DNA from: an uncultured delta proteobacterium
GTDB taxonomy: Bacteria > Desulfobacterota > Binatia > JACPRU01
Direction: 5' to 3'
DNA: 64,000 nucleotides
Assembly (NCBI GenBank): GCA_963790365.1
Contig: CAWBOU010000050.1
Coordinates: 5,056-69,055, forward strand
Shown: one piece after another, positions 57,838 to 64,000 of the stretch
How the letters are laid out: every line of letters starts with the position of its first letter
How positions within the stretch are numbered: position 1 is the first letter of the stretch
Position numbers and translations under genes: made by a program
The notes under the pieces: generated by a model
What the model was told of the DNA's origin: nothing
The model's database searches: none
Seen by the model: only the letters and a program-made list of their open reading frames with translations

Positions 57838-58578
57838 TCAGACGCCGATGAGCTCGAGCACCTGCTCGCCGATCACGAAGAGGACGACCCCGGCGAAGAC
57901 GAGCCAAGCCATGGTCGCGCCTTCCTCCTTGTTGACCTCGGGGATCAGGTCGGAGGCGGCGACGTAGATCGTGACCCCCGTCGAGAGCGCGAGCGCGGCT
58001 CCGGAGAACCCCGAGAGGGCGGCTACCGCGAGGGCGCCGACGATGCTCGCGAACCCGACCGCCGCCGAGGCCGCGAGCGCGGCACCGCGGGACGCCCCGC
58101 CCGCCATCATCACCGAGGCGATCGTGAACCCCTCCGGCGCCTTGTGGAGGACGATCGCGGAGAAGACGAGAAAGCCGAGCGACGGGCTCACGAGAAAGCC
58201 GGAGCCGATCGAGATCCCGTCGAAGAGGCTGTGGAGGAGGAGCCCGAGGAGCGCCCACGCCCAGACCGACTGCCCGGTGACGATCTCGGGATGCGTCTCC
58301 TCCCCGAAATGGAAGTGCGGCGCGATCGTGTGCTCGAACAGATGGACGAAGAGGTACCCGGCGAGCATGAGGAGCGGCGCCGATGGCGTGAGCTTCGCGG
58401 CCTCGGGGCCCATGCGAAGCATCGCCGCCGCGAGCATGAAGCCGGCGCCGAGCGCAATGAAGGCGCGGAGCGCCCGAGGATGCCACGGCTCGCGTCGCGT
58501 CACGACGATCAGCCCGCCGAGCACGTTCGCGAGCGCGGCGGCGGTGACGAAGATCAGGCTGAGCTGGAGCTCGGTCAA
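57838..58578 (-). CDS. ZIP-family divalent metal (zinc) transporter, ZupT-like
   Basis: HSLFDGISIGSG and HKAPEGF metal-binding TM motifs. Start assigned to the TTG at 58578 preceded by GAGGA with 6-nt spacer; the upstream track N-terminus is Arg-rich junk. Confidence 0.7.
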   Translation of the reverse strand: MTELQLSLIFVTAAALANVLGGLIVVTRREPWHPRALRAFIALGAGFMLAAAMLRMGPEAAKLTPSAPLLMLAGYLFVHLFEHTIAPHFHFGEETHPEIVTGQSVWAWALLGLLLHSLFDGISIGSGFLVSPSLGFLVFSAIVLHKAPEGFTIASVMMAGGASRGAALAASAAVGFASIVGALAVAALSGFSGAALALSTGVTIYVAASDLIPEVNKEEGATMAWLVFAGVVLFVIGEQVLELIGV

Positions 58579-58703
58579 GCGCCGTCCTCTAGACGGATGG
58601 TTTCCCGAACGCAACGGAGATCGCCGCTCGCCGCGATCTGAGCGCGGCTCGCACGTTTCGTTCCGCTGAGCCACGGACTATAGGACGCGCGGGAGGCATC
58701 TGC

Positions 58704-59906
58704 ATGGCAGGACCGGTCGAGGGGATTCGCGTCGTCGAGCTCGGTTTCTGGGTCGCGGGACCCTCGGTCGCGGGCGTGCTCGCGGACTGGGGCGCCGAGG
58801 TCGTGAAGATCGAGCCGAAGGACGGCGATCCGATGCGCGGCATCTTCACGCAAGTAGGGGTCGACCTGCCGATCAATCCGGCCTTCGAGGTCGACAATCG
58901 CGGCAAGCGCAGCGTCTCTCTCGACCTCGACAAGCCCGAGGCGCGAGCGATCGTGCTCGAGCTCGTCGATCGCGCCGACGTCTTCGTCACGAATTTCCGC
59001 CCGGGCGCGCTCGAGCGGCTGGGACTCGATCCGGCGAGCCTGGCGAAGCGCCTGCCGCGACTCGTCTACGTCAGCGTCACCGGCTACGGCCTCGCCGGCC
59101 CCGATCGGGATCGGCCCGCATTCGACGTCGGCGCGTACTGGTCGCGCGCGGGCATCGCGGGTGCGCTCACCCCGCCCGGCACGGATCCGCCGTTCCAGCG
59201 TGGTGCGATGGGCGATCACACAGCCGGCATCACGGGCGCGGCGGGCGTCGCCGCCGCTCTCTACGCGCGCGAGCGCACGGGGAAAGGCCAGCTCGTCTCG
59301 ACGTCACTCTATCGCGTCGGGCTCTTCACGCTCGCGTGGGACGTGAACGTCCGCTTACGTCTTGGCGTACCGGCTACGCCGGTCACCAGAGGCAAGATGC
59401 CGAATCCGATGATCAGCTCGTACCGCACGAAAGACGAGCGTTGGTTCTGGCTGCTCGGTCTCCAGGGCGACCGCATGTGGCCGGACCTCGTCCGCGCCGT
59501 CGACGCCCCCGAATGGACGAAAGACCCCCGCTACCAGACCCTCGCCGGCCGCGCCGCGGACTGCGAGCGTGTGACCGGACTGCTCGACGAGATTTTCGTC
59601 CAGCGGACGCTCGACGAATGGCGCGAGATCTTCGACCGCGAGGGCGTCTGGTGGGCGCCGGTCAACACCATGGACGACATCGTCGCCGATCCCCAGGCGG
59701 AAGCGTGCGGCGCATTTTGCGACGTGCCGACCGCGGAAGGCGGCACCGTGCGCATGGTGTCGACGCCGGTCGACTTCTCCGAGACTCGCTGGGCACCGCG
59801 AGGCCCGGTGCCGGAAGTCGGCCAGCACACCGAAGAGGTGCTGCTCGAGCTCGGCTACGACTGGGAGAAGATCGGCGCTCTGAAAGAAGCCGGCGCGATC
59901 CCGTAG
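58704..59906 (+). CDS. Family III CoA-transferase (CaiB/BaiF family)
   Basis: 400-aa intact ORF. N-terminal GIRVVELGFWVAGPSVAGVLADWGAEVVKIEP and catalytic Asp region characteristic of CaiB/BaiF. Confidence 0.8.
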   Translation: MAGPVEGIRVVELGFWVAGPSVAGVLADWGAEVVKIEPKDGDPMRGIFTQVGVDLPINPAFEVDNRGKRSVSLDLDKPEARAIVLELVDRADVFVTNFRPGALERLGLDPASLAKRLPRLVYVSVTGYGLAGPDRDRPAFDVGAYWSRAGIAGALTPPGTDPPFQRGAMGDHTAGITGAAGVAAALYARERTGKGQLVSTSLYRVGLFTLAWDVNVRLRLGVPATPVTRGKMPNPMISSYRTKDERWFWLLGLQGDRMWPDLVRAVDAPEWTKDPRYQTLAGRAADCERVTGLLDEIFVQRTLDEWREIFDREGVWWAPVNTMDDIVADPQAEACGAFCDVPTAEGGTVRMVSTPVDFSETRWAPRGPVPEVGQHTEEVLLELGYDWEKIGALKEAGAIP

Positions 59907-59944
59907 GCGAGATCGCATGGGCGACGGGCGCGGGGTCTCGCCTC

Positions 59945-60119
59945 CGCGAAAGTAAAGCGCAGCCGAGCAGCAGGCTACGCCGGCAGCCGGGTGTCTGGCT
60001 CGCTCCATGGCTCGCCGCAGCAGCGCGCAGCTCCATGCGCACGAACCAAGCGGACTGCGCTTTACTTCCGCGAGCCAGACACCCGGCTGCCGACTAAACA
60101 CGCACGGTCGGCGAGCCAT
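59945..60119 (+). promoter_or_regulatory. Highly structured 5' leader of the SHMT-like gene: three interleaved inverted-repeat pairs (A 59947-59963/60055-60071, B 59980-60003/60072-60092, C 60004-60017/60106-60119) plus the palindrome GCGCAGCTCCATGCGC
   Basis: Arms verified by eye as reverse complements (pair A with one mismatch). The pairs are arranged A-B-C...A'-B'-C', so the helices are mutually exclusive or pseudoknotted, as in attenuator/riboswitch-type leaders. 315-nt intergenic region. Confidence 0.35.
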
Positions 60120-60221
60120 GGAGCGGAGGCGAGGCCCCGCGCCCATCGCGACCTCGACGACCCCGTTCCCCGCACGCCCACTCGGTGCTACAAGGCGCGG
60201 CTTCCGGAGGGAGTCTCTCGC

Positions 60222-61516
60222 ATGGCCGTCGACATCCGCGACATCGAAGGTTGGGTCCGCCAGCAGAACGACTGGCGCGGTCGGCAGACGATCAACCTGA
60301 TCGCGAGCGAGAACGCCCAGTCGCCCGCGTGCCGCGAGGTGCAGAGCTCGGACTTCATGGCGCGGTACGCCGAAGGCCATCCCAACGAGGAAGGCAAGGT
60401 CAACCGCTACTACCAAGGCACGCGCTTCATCGACGAGATCGAGCGCACCGCGCGGCGCGAGATCATCGACCTCTTCCGCTGCCGTCAGGCCGACGTCCGC
60501 CCGATCAGCGGCAACGCCGCGAACACCGCGGTCGCGCTCGGCTGGCTTCGCGGCGGCGACGCCGTGATCGTGAACTCGACGGACGCCGGCGGCCACATCA
60601 GCCACAACTTGGTCGGCGTGTTCGGCCGCCGCATCCAGGTGCGCGGCCAGAGCCTGACGAGCGGCAAGGATAACTCGATCCCGCTCCATTTCTTCCCGCT
60701 GACCGACGACCGCTACCACATGGACGCGAAGCGGGCGGTCGAGCTGATCGACAAGGTGCGGCCGAAGCTCGTCGTGCTCGGCAAGAGCCTGTTCCTCTTC
60801 CCCGAGCCGATGGAGCCTATCGCGGCCGCGTGCACGGCGCACGACATCCCGATCCTCTACGACGGCGCGCATGTGCTCGGGCTGATTGCCGGCGGCGAGT
60901 TCCAGGATCCCCTGCGCCAGGGCGCGACGTGGCTGACGGGCTAGACGCACAAGACGTTCCCCGGTCCCCAGCGCGGGGTCATTCTCGGCAATCTGGAAGA
61001 CAACCAGGTCGAGAGCGTATTGGACCCGCCGCCGACCGTGGCGTGTTCCCCGGCTCGTCGAGCAAGCATCACCTCCACTCGCTCGCCGGGTTGGCCGTTG
61101 CCATTCGAGAAATGAAAGCGCATGCGAAGGACTACGCGCGGCAGATCGTGAAGAACGCGCAGGCGCTCGGCCGCGCGCTTTCCGACGCCGGCATCCCGGT
61201 CGCCGCGAAGGAGTTCGGCTTCACCCAGAGCCACCAGATCGCGGTCGACGTCTCCGGCTTCGGCGGCGGCGTCGAGGTCGCGAAGCGGCTCGAGGCGCAG
61301 GACGTGATCGTCAACTACAACATGCTGCCCGGCGATCAGGATCCTCGGAATCCTTCTGGCTTACGGGTTGGTGTCCCGGAGATGACCCGCTTCGGCATGA
61401 AGGAAGCCGAGATGGGCGAGCTCGGCGAGCTCATGGCCGACGCGATCCGCGACAAGGACGTGATCGACGCCGTGCATCGGCTGCGCGGCCGGTTCGTCGA
61501 GCTTCGCTTCGTCTGA
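60222..61516 (+). pseudogene. Serine hydroxymethyltransferase-like fold-type I PLP enzyme carrying an in-frame TAG (60942-60944) immediately before the PLP-lysine THK motif and a downstream single-base frameshift (~60995)
   Basis: MAVDIRDIEGWVRQQNDWRGRQTINLIASENAQSP...[48 protein letters not shown], then a frame switch to GVFPGSSSKHHLHSLAGLAVAIREMKAHAKDYARQIVKNAQALG...RLRGRFVELRFV*. Confidence 0.65.
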
Positions 61517-61577
61517 GGTAGCGTCCCGAGCGGTCTCCGGCGACGGCGACCTTTGCCGTCGATGTCGCCGTCGCCGA

Positions 61578-63791
61578 CTAGTAAGCGATCCTCAGCTGAA
61601 TGCCGAGCGTTCGCCCCTTGTTGAGGGGCGAGAACGTCGGCCCCGGTCGCGGTCCCGGTCCGTCACCGCCAAAGAGGAAGAAGAGTGGCGGGTCCAAATC
61701 CGGAAGCGGCGTGTTGCCGCCGAGGCTCGACTTGTCGAGCAAGTTGCTGCCGTACATCGTGACCGTCCAGGTCGCGAGGTTCGCGATCGTCGACGAGAAA
61801 GAGAAGTGAGCCTCCACGGTGTCGTGCACGTCGATGAAGCCGATGTTCGAGTCGGTGAAGAAGCTCTTGTCGCGGTGCGCGTACGCGACGCGGGCCGACA
61901 AGGTCGTGAAGTCTTCGATCGGGAACTGGTAGTCGAGCGCGGCGCCCCAGCTCTTCGGCGCGAGACGGGGAATCTCGAGATTGCGGTCGGCCTCGTTCAC
62001 CATCTCGTCGCGGTTCAAGTCTTCGGTGACTTCGTCGTACTCGCCGTCGAGATAGCCGAAGTTCCCCGAGACCGAGAGGCCCTCGAAGGGCAGAAACATC
62101 CGCCCCTCGATCTCCGCTCCGCGGATCGTCGCCGAGCCCGCGTTGACGATCTCCTGCGACACCCCGAGCGAGCCCGGCACGTTCAACTCGCGCTGCAGAT
62201 TCTCGATGTCGTTGTGAAAGATGGCGAGATTGACGCGCGCCGGAACCCAACTGAAGTCGTGCTTCAGGCCGAGCTCGTACGAGTTCATCTCCTCCGAGTC
62301 GAAGGGGCCCGGCACGGAATCCTCGGTCGTGTTGCGGAAGTTGTAGCCGCCGCTCCGAAAGCCTTTCGCCCAGAAGAAATAGACCTGCGTCTCGTCCCAC
62401 GGCGTCCATTGGAAACCTACGCGGGGCGTGAAGTCCGCCCACGTCTCCGAATCGAAGAACGTTGGCTCGAGCGTGCCCGCGCGGATGTCGCCGCCTGGAT
62501 CGAGGCGGGTGGTCGCGGCCGTCGAGACCTCGACGTCCTTCTTCTCGCGCGTGTAGCGGAGGCCGGCGTTCAGCGTGACGCCTTCGAGCGGCGTCGCCCA
62601 ATCGACCGCGCCGAACCCGCCGATCGTCGAAAACTCGCCGTCGCCGCCGCCCGTGCGGTCGATCAAGCGGTTCGCGAGGAGGCGCCGCTCGATGTAGAGA
62701 AGATCCTGCGTGAAGTAGTAGCCGCCGGTCGTCACCTCGAAGGGACCGAACGTGCCGGCGTAGCGAAGCTCCTCGCTCCACTGCTCCTGCTCGATCCGCG
62801 CTTGCGCGATCGCGCCGTCCTGAGTCGTGCCGTCGAGGTCGACCTCGGCACCGCTGTCGAAGTGACGCCAGCCGAAGACGCTCGTGATCGTCCCGTCACC
62901 GAAACCGACTTTGAGGCTCGGGTCGAAGATTACCTGGCTCCAGTCGAAGTCGTAGAAGCCGCGCCGGTTGATCGCGAAGTCGAACGTGCCGCGCTTCCAA
63001 ATGGCGTGATTCTGCGTGGCCGGACCGTCGCCGTTCGCTTGGCCGCGCTCGTAGCGAAGCACGCCGTCGAGCATCCCGTCGAACGGCGTGAAGCGGATCG
63101 CCGGCCGCACGACCGTCTGGTGGGCCTCACCGAATCTCGAGCCGTCGAAGAGGTTCTTGAAGTAGCCTTCGTCGTCGTTCTGATAGGCGGCGATCTTGGC
63201 GCTCAATAGGCCTTCGATGACGCCTCCGGAAACCGATGCGTCCGCCACCTTGTTGAGCCCGCTCTCGATCCCGATGCGAACGTTCGCATCGAGCTCCTCG
63301 TCCGGCTTCTTCGTGCGCAGCAGGATCGCGCCGCCCGTCACGTTCCGCCCGAAGAGCACGCCCTGCGGGCCGCGTAGCACCTCGATGCCCTCGAGATCGA
63401 AGTTGTCGAGTACGAGGCCAGCGCTCTGCCCCATGTAGACGCCGTCGACGAAGACGCCGACGGTCGGGTCGAGCGACGGAATCGAGCTGTTGATGCCCTG
63501 GCCGCGGATCGAGAAGCTCGCGTACCCGCTGATCGTGCCGATGTCCTCGAGCTGGACGTTCGGCATCGAGTAACTCAGGCTCTGAAGGTCGTTGAAGTTG
63601 CCGTCCTCGAGCTGCTCGGCGCCGAACGCGGTGACGGCGAGCGGGACATCCTGAACGTTCTCCGGCCCGCGTTTCGTCGCGGTGATGACGATTTCTTCGA
63701 CCGCGCGCCGCGGCGGCTCTGCCGCAGCCGGCGCGGCCGGCGATTGCGCTACGGGATCACCGGTCTCCTGCCCCCTAGCGTCTCCTGCCGC
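61578..63791 (-). CDS. TonB-dependent outer-membrane receptor (plug + 22-strand beta-barrel); N-terminal signal peptide apparently in a different frame
   Basis: TonB box/plug region EEIVITATKRGPENVQDVPLAVTAF...NVQLEDIGTISGYASFSIRGQG...VEVLRGPQGVLFGRNVTGGAIL, then long barrel with C-terminal ...LGIQLRIAY. The frame is open upstream to ~63950 without a hydrophobic signal. A signal-like VSRRGAAFLWMLVCGVGG is encoded in the adjacent frame, ending at TAG. Confidence 0.7.
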   Translation of the reverse strand, partial: AAGDARGQETGDPVAQSPAAPAAAEPPRRAVEEIVITATKRGPENVQDVPLAVTAFGAEQLEDGNFNDLQSLSYSMPNVQLEDIGTISGYASFSIRGQGINSSIPSLDPTVGVFVDGVYMGQSAGLVLDNFDLEGIEVLRGPQGVLFGRNVTGGAILLRTKKPDEELDANVRIGIESGLNKVADASVSGGVIEGLLSAKIAAYQNDDEGYFKNLFDGSRFGEAHQTVVRPAIRFTPFDGMLDGVLRYERGQANGDGPATQNHAIWKRGTFDFAINRRGFYDFDWSQVIFDPSLKVGFGDGTITSVFGWRHFDSGAEVDLDGTTQDGAIAQARIEQEQWSEELRYAGTFGPFEVTTGGYYFTQDLLYIERRLLANRLIDRTGGGDGEFSTIGGFGAVDWATPLEGVTLNAGLRYTREKKDVEVSTAATTRLDPGGDIRAGTLEPTFFDSETWADFTPRVGFQWTPWDETQVYFFWAKGFRSGGYNFRNTTEDSVPGPFDSEEMNSYELGLKHDFSWVPARVNLAIFHNDIENLQRELNVPGSLGVSQEIVNAGSATIRGAEIEGRMFLPFEGLSVSGNFGYLDGEYDEVTEDLNRDEMVNEADRNLEIPRLAPKSWGAALDYQFPIEDFTTLSARVAYAHRDKSFFTDSNIGFIDVHDTVEAHFSFSSTIANLATWTVTMYGSNLLDKSSLGGNTPLPDLDPPLFFLFGGDGPGPRPGPTFSPLNKGRTLGIQLRIAY

Positions 63792-64000
63792 CGACCCCGC
63801 AGACCAGCATCCACAGAAACGCCGCCCCGCGCCGCGACACTCTGCCCCGATGCACGGCGCCCCCCCGCGCGTGCAGCCGCCATCGTCCCCCCTCCTTGTG
63901 CCCTCCTCTAGATGGGCGACGCCGGCTTGGCAACGATTTTCGCAGCGCTCAGGCCTCCGCGATCACCGTGACCGCGATCTTTCTGTCCCGCGGCCCGTCG

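Noticed and set aside
60942-60944. Programmed recoding (pyrrolysine/selenocysteine) of the in-frame TAG in the SHMT-like gene
   Set aside because: The codon is TAG, not TGA (no Sec). There are no pyl genes or PYLIS-like context. The position corresponds to a conserved Ser/Thr, and a second frameshift lesion exists in the same gene, so a plain mutation or error is far more likely.

Overview
High-GC (~70%) bacterial chromosomal segment with a partial CHASE2 sensor gene, four tRNAs, a ~37-kb glycoconjugate/lipoglycan biosynthesis locus (14.5-51.4 kb), and an unusual cluster of frameshift-disrupted accessory genes. The many long arginine-rich ORFs in the six-frame track are GC-bias artefacts.

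- **Left 14 kb:** edge-truncated CHASE2 sensor gene, tRNA-Arg(CCT), tRNA-Ala(CGC), tRNA-Ser(TGA), tRNA-Leu(CAG), a histone-H1-like basic protein, a GNAT acetyltransferase, the peroxiredoxin Bcp, a histidine phosphatase, a MobA-like nucleotidyltransferase, a PLP-dependent decarboxylase, a Bax-inhibitor/YccA-family protein, two receiver-only response regulators, and an apparent deletion that fuses the 5' part of gpmA to the 3' part of serS.
- **14.5-51.4 kb:** a densely packed, mostly minus-strand locus with many 4-nt ATGA/GTGA overlaps between consecutive genes. It encodes two Wzy_C O-antigen-ligase-like proteins, a Wzx-like flippase, three GT4 and three GT2 glycosyltransferases including one polyprenyl-phosphate-sugar-synthase-like GT2, a GT8, two CDP-alcohol phosphatidyltransferases, an MBOAT acyltransferase with an AlgJ/DltD-like partner, four large polytopic GT-C-like membrane proteins, at least five SAM methyltransferases (FkbM and CmcI types among them), a TPR protein, and three B12-binding radical SAM genes.
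- **Right flank:** a cytochrome P450, a lysine-rich FrhB-like 4Fe-4S protein, a LysM lipoprotein, a Hanks-type Ser/Thr kinase with TPR repeats, an aldehyde dehydrogenase, a ZIP transporter followed by a perfect 28-bp hairpin, a family III CoA-transferase, an SHMT-like gene behind a highly structured leader, and a TonB-dependent receptor.
- **Disrupted genes:** two of the three radical SAM genes, the membrane-anchored spermidine-synthase-like gene, the P450, the SHMT-like gene (which also carries an in-frame TAG) and probably the TonB-receptor N-terminus are broken by single-base indels, mostly in G/C runs, while neighbouring genes are intact.

No CRISPR array, transposase or integrase was seen. 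A 23-bp duplicate of the tRNA-Leu 3' end lies 100 bp downstream of that tRNA.
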